Both the position numbers and the translations under genes were made by a program. The notes under the pieces are model-generated. The model worked only from the letters and a program-made list of their open reading frames with translations. It was not told the DNA's origin and made no database searches. A DNA stretch of 64,000 bases from Halorussus marinus (lineage in GTDB: Archaea; Halobacteriota; Halobacteria; Halobacteriales; Haladaptataceae), in contig NZ_SBIV01000001.1 of the NCBI RefSeq assembly GCF_004765795.1, positions 248,001 through 312,000 of the forward strand. The letters run 5' to 3'. Numbering within the stretch: the first letter of the stretch is position 1; each line of letters opens with the position of its first letter. Positions 30,145 to 40,417 of the stretch are shown piece after piece.

Positions 30145-31908
30145 TCAGTGGAGGAACTCCCGGACCCCGTCGGCGTCGCGGGCGTTGAGCACGTCGGCGG
30201 TCTCGGCCCACCCGCGACGGGCTGTGTGGACGCCGTACCGGACGTTTCGGTACTCGGTGGGCGTGTGGGCGTCGGTGTCGATCGCGATCGTCGCGCCCGC
30301 CTCGACGGCCCGCTTGACCGCGCTCCCCCACAGGTCGAGGCGGTGAGGGTTGCTGTTGATCTCCAGCGCGGTCTCGGCGTCGGCGGCGGCGCTCGCCACG
30401 GCCTCGACGTCGAACTCCAGCCCGGCGCGGCTGTTGAGCATGCGGCCGCTCGGATGGCCGAGCACGTCGACGTGAGGGTGTTCGACCACCGCGGTCAGCC
30501 GGTCGGTGGCGTCGCCCTCCAGCCCGCTGTGGGGCGAGGCGACGACGCAGTCGAGGTCCGCGAGCAGGTCGTCGGCGACGCTGATCGCGCCGTCGGCCTC
30601 GACGTTCGCCTCGACGCCGACGAACACCTCGACCGGGAGGTCGGCGGCCTGCTCGCGGACCTCGGCGGCCTGTTCGCGGATCGCCGCGTCGTCGAGGCCC
30701 ACGCCGCCGACCATTCCGGGGCCGGTGGCGTGGTCCGAGATACAGACGTACTCGTGGCCGAACTCGGCGGCCGCCTCGGCCATCTCCGCCACCGAGAGGT
30801 CGCCGTCGGACCACTCGGTGTGGACGTGGAGGTCCCCGCGAATCTCGTCTTCGGCGAGGAGTTCGGGGAGTTGGCCGGCCGCCGCCGCGTCGATCTCGCC
30901 GCGGTCCTCGCGGAGTTCCGGCGGGACGTACGGGAGATCGAGCACCTCGTACATCCCGGCCTCGGAGTCGCCGGCGACGCGCTCGCCGACCCGCTGGCCG
31001 GAGTCGGGGGCCGCCGGCTCGTCGGCGTCGGCCCCCTCGAGGTCAGAGACGTCGAACGCGCCGTACTCGTTGAGCTTGTATCCCCGCTCGATGGCGTAGT
31101 TGCGAAGCCGGATGTTGTGCTCCTTGCTACCGGTGAAGTACTGGAGCGCCGAGCCGAACTCCTCGGGCACCACGACCCGGAGATCGACGCGCTGGCCGTT
31201 CGAGCGAACGCTGGCCTTGTCGGTGCCGGCCTCGATGACCTCGTCGGCCCGCTCCCACTCGACGAACGCGTCGATGACCGCCGCGCGGTCCTCGCTCCCG
31301 GCCAGCACGTCGACGTCGCCGATCGTCGGCTTCCAGCGCCGGAGCGATCCCGCGAGCTCACACCGACCCGCCTCGGGGATCGACTCGACGAAGCCGAGCA
31401 CTGCGTCGCCGACCGGCCGGGCGTCCCCGAGCAGTTCGCGGCGCTGGGTCTGTCGTGCGAACGGAATCCCGTCGAGGATGTTCTGCTCGCTGGTCTCGCC
31501 GTAGCCCGACACCGTCCGGATCTCGCCTTCCCGGGCGGCGGCTTCGAGGTCGTCCAGATTCCTGACGTCGAGCGCCTCGAAGAGGTCTCCGACCGTCCGA
31601 GGGCCGACCCCTTCGACGCTGGTGAGTTCGGCCATCTCGACCGGCAACTCGGCTCGCGTCTCGTCTAACTGCTCGAAGCTCCCCGTCTCGACGGCTTCGA
31701 CGACTTTCGCCGCGATCGAGCTTCCGACGTCGGGTATCTCCTCGACCGCCTCCGGCCCGTCGGCGGCCAGTTCCTCGATCGCGGCCGGGTAGTCGCGGAT
31801 GCTCTCGGCGGCCCGCCGGTAGGACTTGGGCTTGTAGCTGACGTCCTGGGCCGCGAGCAGATCGGCGTACTCCTCCAGGAGCCCCGCGACCTCGGCGTTG
31901 CGTCTCAT
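30145..31908 (-). CDS. polX: DNA polymerase/3'-5' exonuclease PolX
   Basis: GSLRR, GDVDVL, YFTGSKEHN and PHP domain HVHTEWSDG...DTDAH. Confidence 0.95.
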   Translation of the reverse strand: MRRNAEVAGLLEEYADLLAAQDVSYKPKSYRRAAESIRDYPAAIEELAADGPEAVEEIPDVGSSIAAKVVEAVETGSFEQLDETRAELPVEMAELTSVEGVGPRTVGDLFEALDVRNLDDLEAAAREGEIRTVSGYGETSEQNILDGIPFARQTQRRELLGDARPVGDAVLGFVESIPEAGRCELAGSLRRWKPTIGDVDVLAGSEDRAAVIDAFVEWERADEVIEAGTDKASVRSNGQRVDLRVVVPEEFGSALQYFTGSKEHNIRLRNYAIERGYKLNEYGAFDVSDLEGADADEPAAPDSGQRVGERVAGDSEAGMYEVLDLPYVPPELREDRGEIDAAAAGQLPELLAEDEIRGDLHVHTEWSDGDLSVAEMAEAAAEFGHEYVCISDHATGPGMVGGVGLDDAAIREQAAEVREQAADLPVEVFVGVEANVEADGAISVADDLLADLDCVVASPHSGLEGDATDRLTAVVEHPHVDVLGHPSGRMLNSRAGLEFDVEAVASAAADAETALEINSNPHRLDLWGSAVKRAVEAGATIAIDTDAHTPTEYRNVRYGVHTARRGWAETADVLNARDADGVREFLH

Positions 31909-31944
31909 GGGCGGTCTGTCGTGTCCGGGACGTAAAGAACTGGC

Positions 31945-32382
31945 TCAGAGCCGGCCGCGCCCGCCCGCGTCCTCGCGGCCGAGCGCCTGCTTGAGAAACG
32001 ACATCCACCGCTTCTGGTCGGCGGCCTCCTGTGCGGCGGCCTCGCGTTCGAGGTCGGTCGGCCCGAGGCTCTCGAGGGCGTTTAGCGCCCGATCGATACC
32101 GACGATCGACTCGACCAGCCGCTCGCCCTCCGCGAACGTGATGTCGCCGTCCTCGATGCGCTGTTTGCGCTCGATGCGCTCGCGCCGGAGGTTTCGCTTC
32201 GCGCGCTCGACGCGGTCGCGCTCGCCGCTCGGCACCGTGTCGCGGCGCTTGATCTCGAAGACGAACTCCTGGAGCTCGACCGGCTCGCCCTGCACTTCGA
32301 TGGTCTCGGGGATGTCGGCGCCGACGGTCGCGCCCTCCCGCTCGACCCGCTCGAGTAGCTGTTTGCGCTCGAACTCTTGCAC
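31945..32382 (-). CDS. DUF5788 family protein
   Basis: ERKQLLERVEREGATVGADIP...GIDRALNAL; GTG start inferred. Confidence 0.8.
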   Translation of the reverse strand: MQEFERKQLLERVEREGATVGADIPETIEVQGEPVELQEFVFEIKRRDTVPSGERDRVERAKRNLRRERIERKQRIEDGDITFAEGERLVESIVGIDRALNALESLGPTDLEREAAAQEAADQKRWMSFLKQALGREDAGGRGRL

Positions 32383-32437
32383 GACTCTCACTCGGGGTGC
32401 CAGCGACAAAAATTCGCCGGGCGCGGCTCGGGCGCGG

Positions 32438-33598
32438 TCACTCCCCGTCGGACGATCCGTCCCCGCCGAGGTCGATCCGGTCGTGGATGTGGCCCTCGCG
32501 CTCGCGCAAGTGGCCGGGCGTGCGGCCGTTCGCGACGGCGAGCGCCTCCGCGACGATGCTGTGGGCGATCTGGTACGGCGACCCGCCGCCGAGATCGAGC
32601 CCGATCGGCGTGTAGAGTGCGTCGAGGTCCGACTCGTCGACCGACGCCGGGAACTCCTCGGCCATCCGCTCGAACCGTTCGTGAGGGCCCATGAGACCAA
32701 TGTACGGCGCCGGCGAGTCAAGCAGCGCCTCGACGGTCAGCTGGTCGTCGACGAAGTTGTGGGTCATCACGACCGCGTGGGTGCGCTCGTCGAGGTCGAG
32801 CGCCTCGTCGATGCTCCCGGGCGAGGTGGTCACCGTCCGGTCGGCCGCCGGGAATCGCGACTCGACGTCGACGCCCCCGCGGAAGCCGACGACCGTGACC
32901 CGGAAGTCGTTTTTCGCCGCCAGCTCGGTCACCGGCCCCACGTCGTGGCCCGTCCCGAAGATCACGAGGTCCGACGGCGCCGCGAGCCCGTCGACGAACA
33001 GTTCGAGCGCGCCCTCACGGACCCCGAATGTGTCCGACCGGCCGCGCTCGGCGAGTTCGGCTCCCGGGGTCGCGAGCTCTCCGGTCGGCCACTCGTCGGC
33101 CGCCGAGCCGTCCGGTAGGACGAGTCGGTCCTCGTCGGGATAGTAGTACGCCCGGTCGCCGCGCCGGAAGCGGTCGCTCTCGTCGGACAGGACGGTCACG
33201 ATCGCGACGTCCCGTCCGGCGGCGAACGCCTCGACCGCCGGCCGGTAGGTCTCGTCGAGCGGTTCGAGCAACACGTCGATGACGCCGTTGCAGCCGACGC
33301 CGAGCCCCCAGACGTCCTCCTCGTCGTCTTCCATCAGGTCGTAGGTGACGAGTTCGGGTCGCCCGGACTCACGGATGCGGTCGGCGGCCGCGAGGAGGTC
33401 GTTTTCGAGACAGCCCGCGGTGATCGAGCCGACGCCGGTTCCGTCGTCGTCGAGGAGCATCTTCGCCCCCGGGCGCCGGTAGGCGTTGCCCTCGACGTCG
33501 ACGACGGTCGCGAGGACGTCGAGGCCGTCGGCGTCGAGTCTGTCGGCGACCTGCTGTACGACTTCGGTCTCGGGAACGCTCCAGTTGCTCTCGGACAT
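32438..33598 (-). CDS. XdhC/CoxI-family molybdenum-cofactor chaperone
   Basis: GNAYRRPGAKM, GCLE, GVGCNG, VMTHNF, YIGLMG, PIGLDLGG. Confidence 0.9.
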   Translation of the reverse strand: MSESNWSVPETEVVQQVADRLDADGLDVLATVVDVEGNAYRRPGAKMLLDDDGTGVGSITAGCLENDLLAAADRIRESGRPELVTYDLMEDDEEDVWGLGVGCNGVIDVLLEPLDETYRPAVEAFAAGRDVAIVTVLSDESDRFRRGDRAYYYPDEDRLVLPDGSAADEWPTGELATPGAELAERGRSDTFGVREGALELFVDGLAAPSDLVIFGTGHDVGPVTELAAKNDFRVTVVGFRGGVDVESRFPAADRTVTTSPGSIDEALDLDERTHAVVMTHNFVDDQLTVEALLDSPAPYIGLMGPHERFERMAEEFPASVDESDLDALYTPIGLDLGGGSPYQIAHSIVAEALAVANGRTPGHLREREGHIHDRIDLGGDGSSDGE

Positions 33599-33599
33599 G

Positions 33600-34418
33600 T
33601 TATGGGGTGGATCGCAGTCGAATCGTCGATGGCGGTTCGCGGGCGGCGTACACCTTCCGGACGCCGCGGTCGTGGAGGGCCGTGCCGCAGTCGCCGTCCG
33701 CGACCGCGGCCCGGACGCGGTCGGGCGCCGCGACGTGCGCGCCCGCGATCACGTCGGCACCGGCGTCGAACAGCGACCCCGGGAGCCCGGACGCGGTCGC
33801 GCCGACTACCACCACCGCGGCGTCGTCGGGCGCGGCCGCGAGATACCTCTCGAGGCCGCCGTACACGAGCGTCGAGCCGGTGATAAAGACCACCTCGGCG
33901 CCCGCCATCGCCGCCGACGTCTCCTCGGGATCGAAGGTCCGGAGGCTGACGCCCTCGGGCGTCGAGACGTCGCCGACCGGCGTCCGCTCGACGACCCGGA
34001 CCGCCACGTCGTCGAACTTCCGGAACGCGGGGCGAAACAGCCCGACCGTGACGACCGTCTCGACCGACTCGTCGAGCAACGCCATCGGATCGCCGGTCCG
34101 CCAGTCGACGTGCGGGGCCGAGAGGGCGTTCAGCGTCGCGACGCCCGCGGCCAGCGCGACGCTGTCGGGCGGGTCGTCGCCGGCCCCGGCCGACCGGACC
34201 GGTGCGAGAAGCGACTCGACGGTCTCGCCGAGTTCGGGGACCTCGCCCGGCGGGCGGTGAGCGAGCCCGGCCGACGGCTCCGCGCCCGATCCGGTCTCGT
34301 CGGTGACCTCGACGAGCACCGCCGACTCGCCGACGGTGACCCCGTCGAGGCGACTGCCCGCGAGGTGTCCCCGCCGATCGAGTTCGTCGGATATCGCCGA
34401 CAGCAGGCGGTGGGTCAC
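33600..34418 (-). CDS. DUF364 Rossmann-like protein
   Basis: GVATLNALS, VGLFRP, ITGSTLV, VVGAT. Confidence 0.8.
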   Translation of the reverse strand: MTHRLLSAISDELDRRGHLAGSRLDGVTVGESAVLVEVTDETGSGAEPSAGLAHRPPGEVPELGETVESLLAPVRSAGAGDDPPDSVALAAGVATLNALSAPHVDWRTGDPMALLDESVETVVTVGLFRPAFRKFDDVAVRVVERTPVGDVSTPEGVSLRTFDPEETSAAMAGAEVVFITGSTLVYGGLERYLAAAPDDAAVVVVGATASGLPGSLFDAGADVIAGAHVAAPDRVRAAVADGDCGTALHDRGVRKVYAAREPPSTIRLRSTP

Positions 34419-35782
34419 GCCGAGTCACCCCCGTCGGCGGCGCTCGCGGTCCGTCGCGGATCGTGCTGGTACCCGACCGACCCCCCGAGCCCGCGGGTCT
34501 CGATCTGGCGGGCGGCCTCGGCGAGGTCGTCGGCCTCCGCGAAGCCGAACAGGCCCTCGACGTACGGCGCGACCGTCGACATTCCCCGGGAGGACGGCTC
34601 GAACGCCGGCGAGACCGCGAGGGGGTTGAGCCAGACCACGGCGCTCGCCCGGTCGGCGAGCCAGGTGATCCCCGCTTCGAGGGTTTCGGGGTCGCCGACG
34701 TCGAGCCCGTCGCTCACCACCACGACGACCGTCCGGCGGTCGACCGCGTTCGGGGCCGACCGCCGGAGCGTCTCGAAGGCGTGGCCGATCCGGGTCCCGC
34801 CGCCCCACTCGACGCTCGCGGCCCGCAACGCGCCGGCGGGGTCGCCGTCCGCGCGTTCGACGGCGTCGGTCGCCTCCACGAGGTCGGTGTCGAACAGGAA
34901 GACCCGGGCGTCGAGCGCGCGACTCGCCGTCCGCTCGGCGAGCGCGAGCAGTGCGCTCCGGTCGATCGTGTCCAGCACCGAGCCGCTGACGTCGACGAGC
35001 AGACAGCACCGGAGCTCGCTCGGCGTCGGCTCGGTCCGGGGGAGCTCGACCGGGACGCCGCCGGTCTCCAGACTCGCCCGGAGCGCGCCCCGGGCGTCGA
35101 CCGCCGGCCCCGCGGGGGCACGACGACGACGGCGCCCGGGCAGGGTCGCGAGCGCGTCGACGAACCTATCGACGGCCGCGCGGCCGGCCTCGGACGCCGC
35201 GGGCGTCGCGGCGTCGACGAGTTCGCTCCCGCCGACCGCGCTGTACCGTCTGGCGTCGGCGTCCCCGGAGGCGGCCGCCCGGTCGCCCGAGGCCCGCCGA
35301 CGCTCGGTCGGGATTCGGACCTCGACCCGTCCGTCGCCGTCGCCGTCCATCTCGGGCGGGTCGGCGTCGGGGAGCAGGTCGGGATCGTCGGCCCCGCCGT
35401 CGGCCGACTCGCGGTCGCCGTCGGCGTCGTCGCCGCCCGCGGCCGTCGGGCCGCGCTCGGCGGTCCCGATCCGGTCGAGACCCGTCCGGAGCCGGTGCCA
35501 GAACTCGGGGAACGCCTCGTCGAACGCCGCCGCGTCGGCCGCCGCCGAGAGGAGCGTCGCGCGGAGCGCGGCCTCGACCCGACGCTCGTCGCCGAGCCCG
35601 ACCCGCGCGAGCGCTCGCGCGGCGTCTTGGGACGCCGACGCTGGCACGTCGACGTTCTCGCGGCGCAGGTCCCGAATCAGCCGGAACAGCTCGGTCAGGA
35701 CGTGCGTGCGTGCCGCCCGGAAGTCCGGGACGCTCTCCTCGCCCGCACGTCGCTCGATGCCCGAGTCGGGATCGCCGGCCAT
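34415..35782 (-). CDS. coxE: CoxE-like VWA domain protein
   Basis: MIDAS DVSGS, WGGGTRIG, VSDGLD, VWLNP. Confidence 0.88.
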   Translation of the reverse strand: MAGDPDSGIERRAGEESVPDFRAARTHVLTELFRLIRDLRRENVDVPASASQDAARALARVGLGDERRVEAALRATLLSAAADAAAFDEAFPEFWHRLRTGLDRIGTAERGPTAAGGDDADGDRESADGGADDPDLLPDADPPEMDGDGDGRVEVRIPTERRRASGDRAAASGDADARRYSAVGGSELVDAATPAASEAGRAAVDRFVDALATLPGRRRRRAPAGPAVDARGALRASLETGGVPVELPRTEPTPSELRCCLLVDVSGSVLDTIDRSALLALAERTASRALDARVFLFDTDLVEATDAVERADGDPAGALRAASVEWGGGTRIGHAFETLRRSAPNAVDRRTVVVVVSDGLDVGDPETLEAGITWLADRASAVVWLNPLAVSPAFEPSSRGMSTVAPYVEGLFGFAEADDLAEAARQIETRGLGGSVGYQHDPRRTASAADGGDSA

Positions 35783-35785
35783 GGC

Positions 35786-36748
35786 TCACTCGATCCCGTC
35801 TGCGGCGTTCGCCGCGGCGTCGTGCAGTCGGTCGAGCAGTTCGGCGTCGACCCGGCTCACGTCCTCGGCTTCCTTCAGCAGACAGCCGATGGTGCGTTCG
35901 ATCTCGTCGGTCGACAGCGGCTCGTCGGACTCCTCGTGGCGGAGTCGGGCGACCGCCCGCGCCCAGTCGAGCGTCTCGGCGACGCCCGGTTGCTTGAGAA
36001 ACGACTCCTCGCGGAGCGCCGCGACCACGCCACACACCTCGGCGGCGACGGCCGCGTCGAGTTCGGGCACCTTCCGGCGGACGATCTCGTGTTCGGTCTC
36101 GAACGACGGCGGTTCGACGTGGAGATAGAGACACCGCCGCTTGAGCGCGTCGCTCAGCCCGCGCGTCCGGTTCGACGTGAGCACCACGATCGGCGGCCGG
36201 TCGGCGCTCACCGTGCCGTACTCGGGGATCGACACCTGAAAGTCCGACAGCACCTCCAGCAAGAACGCCTCGAACGCCTCGTCGGCCCGGTCGATCTCGT
36301 CGATCAGCAAGACCGGCGGCCGATCGCCGTCGGTCCGGAGCGCGCGCAACAGCGGCCGTTCGAGGAGATACTCCTCGCCGAACACCGACGAGCCCCGCGA
36401 GCCGTCGCTCGGCGAGCCCGAGCGGCCCGCGACCGACCCCTCCTCGCCCTGCACGGCGAGCAGTTGCTTGGTGTAGTTCCACTCGTAGAGGGCGTTCTCG
36501 GCGGTCAGTCCCTCGTAGCACTGCAGGCGGATCAGCTCGGTGTCGAACCCCGCCGCGAGAGTCTTGCCGAGTTCGGTCTTGCCGCTCCCGGGCGGTCCCT
36601 CGACCAACAGCGGTTGGCCGAGCTGGAGCGCGAGCGAGACGGTCGTCACGGTGCGGTCGTCGGCGACGTAGTCGGTCCGCTCGAACCGCTCGCGGAGGTC
36701 GGCCTCGGTCACCGAGTCGAAGGCTCGGGCGGCCGTCCGATCGCTCAC
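35786..36748 (-). CDS. coxD: CoxD-like MoxR AAA+ ATPase
   Basis: GPPGSGKT, RLQCYEG, YEWNY, DEIDR, DALKRRC; GTG overlaps the upstream stop. Confidence 0.9.
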   Translation of the reverse strand: MSDRTAARAFDSVTEADLRERFERTDYVADDRTVTTVSLALQLGQPLLVEGPPGSGKTELGKTLAAGFDTELIRLQCYEGLTAENALYEWNYTKQLLAVQGEEGSVAGRSGSPSDGSRGSSVFGEEYLLERPLLRALRTDGDRPPVLLIDEIDRADEAFEAFLLEVLSDFQVSIPEYGTVSADRPPIVVLTSNRTRGLSDALKRRCLYLHVEPPSFETEHEIVRRKVPELDAAVAAEVCGVVAALREESFLKQPGVAETLDWARAVARLRHEESDEPLSTDEIERTIGCLLKEAEDVSRVDAELLDRLHDAAANAADGIE

Positions 36749-37851
36749 GCGTTCACCTCCCGGTCGAGGTACGACGAGGGGTCGGACTCGAACGAGTCCG
36801 CACACCCTCGACAGCAGAAGTGGTACGTCCGCCCGTCGTGGTCGACCGACGCCGCGGCCGCCGCCGGATCGACCGCCATCCCGCAGACTGGGTCGACCGC
36901 GGTCTCCTCGGCCGACTCGGTCGGCGGGGCGTCGGCCTCGTCGTCACCGGCCGCCGGGTCGTCGGCCGCGTTCGACGGGGCGGCCTCGCCCTCGGCCGGG
37001 CTCGCCTGCGAACGCACGTCGACGATCTCAGCGAGCAGGCTCGCGGCGAGTTCGGCCGGCGTGCGGGCGCCGATGTCGACGCCCGCGGGGTTCGTGACCG
37101 CCTCGCGGACCGTCTCGGGGTCGCGGTCGAGCAGGCCGGCCGCCCGCTCGATCTCCTCGTCGGCGCGCTCGTCGCTCGCGATCAGCCCGACGTACGGCGC
37201 GTCGGCCGCGACGCCGGCCGCGATGGCCCGGGCGTCGTACTTGCCCATCGAGGCCGCGACGACGAGGGGCGCTCGCCCGGCGGCGTCGGCGATCTCGTCG
37301 GGCTCGACGGTCCCCAACACCTCGGTGCGATCTGGCACGTCGGCGACGTCCCCGTCCGCGGCGACGAGCGTCACGTCGACCGCGAGTTCGTCGGCGAGCC
37401 GCGCGAGCGATCGGGCGACCGGCGAGTCGCCGACCACGATCAGCTCGGTCCGGGGCGCCACGGGTTCGAGGTAGATTTCGAGCACGCCCTCGCTGTGACA
37501 CCGCATCGGGAACGCCTCGAGGCCCGGACGGTCGATCGACTCCGGATCGGGGGCGATCCCGATCAGCCGCGGGGCGCCCGCCTCGATGGTCTCGCGGCCC
37601 TCCCGGGCCACCACCGACTGGGCGCAGGCCGCCCCGCCGACCCAGCCGTGGAGTTCGCCGTCGGGGGTCACCACCGCGCGGTCGCCGACGTTCGAGGACA
37701 CCGGCGGCTCGCGCCGGACCACCGTGGCGCGGGCGTACGGCTCCCGGCGGCGCTGTAGTTCGTCTTCGAGCGTCGATACGTCGCCGTCGTCGATCGCGCT
37801 CCGGTCGGTCGCGTCGGGCGCTCGGCCGTGTGGCGTCTCGTCGTGTGACAT
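36745..37851 (-). CDS. coxF: CoxF/XdhC-family protein with C-terminal YHS domain
   Basis: GWVGGAAC, CHSEG, YVGLIAS, PAGVDIGA; C-terminal DPVCGM...YHFCCRGC. Confidence 0.85.
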   Translation of the reverse strand: MSHDETPHGRAPDATDRSAIDDGDVSTLEDELQRRREPYARATVVRREPPVSSNVGDRAVVTPDGELHGWVGGAACAQSVVAREGRETIEAGAPRLIGIAPDPESIDRPGLEAFPMRCHSEGVLEIYLEPVAPRTELIVVGDSPVARSLARLADELAVDVTLVAADGDVADVPDRTEVLGTVEPDEIADAAGRAPLVVAASMGKYDARAIAAGVAADAPYVGLIASDERADEEIERAAGLLDRDPETVREAVTNPAGVDIGARTPAELAASLLAEIVDVRSQASPAEGEAAPSNAADDPAAGDDEADAPPTESAEETAVDPVCGMAVDPAAAAASVDHDGRTYHFCCRGCADSFESDPSSYLDREVNA

Positions 37852-37921
37852 CGTGGTGTAGTTTCACAGGGGTTCGCGCGGGGCGTCGGTCGCCCCGCCG
37901 TCGGTGCGTCGGCGTCGTCGA

Positions 37922-40417
37922 TCAGTCGTCGGCGTGCTCGCCGTCCTCGACGCTGAACTCGACGTTCCGGGCGGGCTGGTGGCTCAGCCCGACCTCGTCG
38001 AGCTTCTCCCAGACCACGTCGGGTGTCATCGGCATCTCGACGTGGCTGACCCCGGCCTCGGACATCGCGTCGACGACCGCGTTGACGATGGCCGGCGGCG
38101 AGCCGACCGTCGGCGACTCGCCGACGCCCTTCGCCCCGATCGGGTGATGGGGCGAGGGCGTGACGGTGTGGCCCGTCTCGAAGTTCGGGATCTCGTTTGC
38201 GGTCGGAAGCAGGTAGTTCATGAAGTCGCCGCCGGTGACGTTGCCGTTGTCGTCGTAGGTGACGTGCTCCATCATCGCGGTGCCGATCCCCTGTGCGAGT
38301 CCGCCGTGGATCTGGCCCTCGATGATCATGGGGTTGATGCGGTTGCCACAGTCGTCGACCGCGACGAACTTCTCGAAGTCGACCTCGCCGGTCTCCCGAT
38401 CGATCTCGACGACGACGATGTACGACCCGAACGGGTAGGTCATCTCGGGCGGGTCGTAGTAGTTCGTCGCCTCCAGTCCGGGCTCCTCGCCGCCGGGGTG
38501 GTTCATGTAGGCGCCGGCCGCGATCTCCGTGATGGTGATCGAGCGGTCGGGCGCGCCGGCGACGTGGAACTCGCCGGACTCGCGGTCCCACTCGATGTCT
38601 TCTTCGGCGGCCTCCAGTTCGTTGGCCGCGATGGACTTGGCCTTGTCCCGGACCTTGCGGGCGGCGACGGCCGCCGCCGCGCCCGCGACCGGAGTCGACC
38701 GCGAGCCGTACGTGCCCAGCCCGTAGGGTTCGGTGTCTGTGTCGCCGTGCTCGACCGTGATGTCGTCGACGTCCATCCCGAGTTCCTCGGCGACGATCTG
38801 GGCGAACGTCGTCTCGTGGCCCTGTCCCTGCGTCTGGACGCCCACGCGGAGGACGGCGTTGCCGGTCGGGTTCACCCGGAGGTCCGCGGAGTCGAACATC
38901 TCGATGCCCGCGATGTCACACTGCTTGCCCGGTCCCGCGCCGACGACCTCGGTGAACGAGGAGATGCCGATTCCGATCAGTTTGTCGGCGTCCTCTTCGA
39001 GGCGGCGCTGTTGTTCCTCGCGGTAGTGCTCGTAGTCGGCCATCTCGAGGGCCTTGTCGAGGGCCTTCTCGTAGTCGCCCGAGTCGTAGTTCCACCCGGT
39101 CGCAGACTCGTAGGGGAACGCCTCGGACGGAATGAAGTTCTTCCGCCGGATCTCGGCCGGATCGACGTCGAGTTCGTCGGCGAGCACCTTCACCATGCGC
39201 TCGATGAGGTACACCGCCTCCGTGACCCGGAACGAACACCGATAGGCGACCCCGCCGGGCGCCGTGTTGGTGAACGCCGCCGTCAGCGAGCCGTGGGCCG
39301 CCTCGATGTCGTACGAGCCGGTGAAGATGTTGAAGAACCCCGCGGGGAACTTCGAGGGCTGGGCCGCGGCGTTGTACGCGCCGTGGTTGGCGAGCACGTC
39401 GACTTTCACGCCCTTGATCTCGCCGTCCTCGGTGGCCGCGAGTTCGCCCGTCATGTCGTAGTCGCGGGCGAACCCGGTGGTCTGGATGTTCTCCGAGCGC
39501 TCCTCGACCCACTTGACGGGCTCTTCGAGCACGTACGACGCCGCGGCGGCGACGACGTACCCGGGGTAGATCGGCACCTTGTTGCCGAACCCGCCCCCGA
39601 CGTCCGGGCTCACGATCCGGACCTTGTGCTCGGGGATGCCCGACACCTGCGAGAACAGGGTCCGGTGGGCGTGGGGCGCCTGGGAGGTCATGTGGACGGT
39701 CATCTTGTCCTTGCCGGGGTCCCAGTCGGCGACAGCCCCGCAGGTCTCGATCGGCGCGGGGTGGAGCCGCTGGTAGAGCATGTCCTCCTCGACGGTGACG
39801 TCGGCTTCCTCGAACACCCGGTCGGTCTCCTCCTTGTCGCCGGTCTCCCAGTCGAAGATGTGGTTGTCCTCCTGATCGTCCAGTTCGTCCCGGACGAGCG
39901 GGGCGTCGTCTTCGAGCGCCTCCTCGGCGTCGACGACGGGGTCTAGCACGTCGTACTCGACTTCGACCTTCTGGGCGCCGTCCTTCGCGGCGTAGCGGTC
40001 CTCGGCGATCACCGCCGCGACCTCCTGGGACTGGAACTTCACCTTCTCGTTGACCAGCACGTCCTGGGTGTCGTCCATCAGCGTCGGCATCGTCGCCAGG
40101 TCGTGGGCCAGCAGGTCCTCGGCGGTCAGTACCGCGACGACCTCGTCCATCGCCTCGGCCCGCGAGCCGTCGATCTCCTCGACTCTGGCGTGGGCGTGCG
40201 GGCTCCGGACGATCTCGCAGTGGAGCATGCCGGGCTTTTTGATGTCGTCGACGTAGTCGCCCCGGCCGGTGATGAACCGCTTGTCCTCCTTGCGGTTTAC
40301 CTCCTCGCCCATGCCGCCGCGGCCGTGCCCGCAGTGTTTCTCGGGCTCGGGCCCGTCGTCTTCGGGGTGCTGGTACTCGGTGTCGGCGTCGGGCGCGCGT
40401 TCGCGATCGGAGCTCAC
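37922..40417 (-). CDS. coxL: Aerobic carbon monoxide dehydrogenase large subunit, form I
   Basis: AYRCSFR active-site loop (39227-39247), GGGFGNK, QGQGHET, AKGVGE. Confidence 0.95.
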   Translation of the reverse strand: MSSDRERAPDADTEYQHPEDDGPEPEKHCGHGRGGMGEEVNRKEDKRFITGRGDYVDDIKKPGMLHCEIVRSPHAHARVEEIDGSRAEAMDEVVAVLTAEDLLAHDLATMPTLMDDTQDVLVNEKVKFQSQEVAAVIAEDRYAAKDGAQKVEVEYDVLDPVVDAEEALEDDAPLVRDELDDQEDNHIFDWETGDKEETDRVFEEADVTVEEDMLYQRLHPAPIETCGAVADWDPGKDKMTVHMTSQAPHAHRTLFSQVSGIPEHKVRIVSPDVGGGFGNKVPIYPGYVVAAAASYVLEEPVKWVEERSENIQTTGFARDYDMTGELAATEDGEIKGVKVDVLANHGAYNAAAQPSKFPAGFFNIFTGSYDIEAAHGSLTAAFTNTAPGGVAYRCSFRVTEAVYLIERMVKVLADELDVDPAEIRRKNFIPSEAFPYESATGWNYDSGDYEKALDKALEMADYEHYREEQQRRLEEDADKLIGIGISSFTEVVGAGPGKQCDIAGIEMFDSADLRVNPTGNAVLRVGVQTQGQGHETTFAQIVAEELGMDVDDITVEHGDTDTEPYGLGTYGSRSTPVAGAAAAVAARKVRDKAKSIAANELEAAEEDIEWDRESGEFHVAGAPDRSITITEIAAGAYMNHPGGEEPGLEATNYYDPPEMTYPFGSYIVVVEIDRETGEVDFEKFVAVDDCGNRINPMIIEGQIHGGLAQGIGTAMMEHVTYDDNGNVTGGDFMNYLLPTANEIPNFETGHTVTPSPHHPIGAKGVGESPTVGSPPAIVNAVVDAMSEAGVSHVEMPMTPDVVWEKLDEVGLSHQPARNVEFSVEDGEHADD

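Noticed and set aside
33486..37474. Very long + strand ORFs (880 and 1003 aa), and similar ones such as 25119-27740, 17330-19798 and 57285-59870
   Set aside because: Antisense or alternate-frame shadows of real genes in high-GC DNA; Arg/Ser/Pro-rich with no motifs, unlike the acidic true proteins
37922..40417. Xanthine dehydrogenase or form II CoxL
   Set aside because: The loop is AYRCSFR (form I), not AYRGAGR, and coxDEFG-type genes are present
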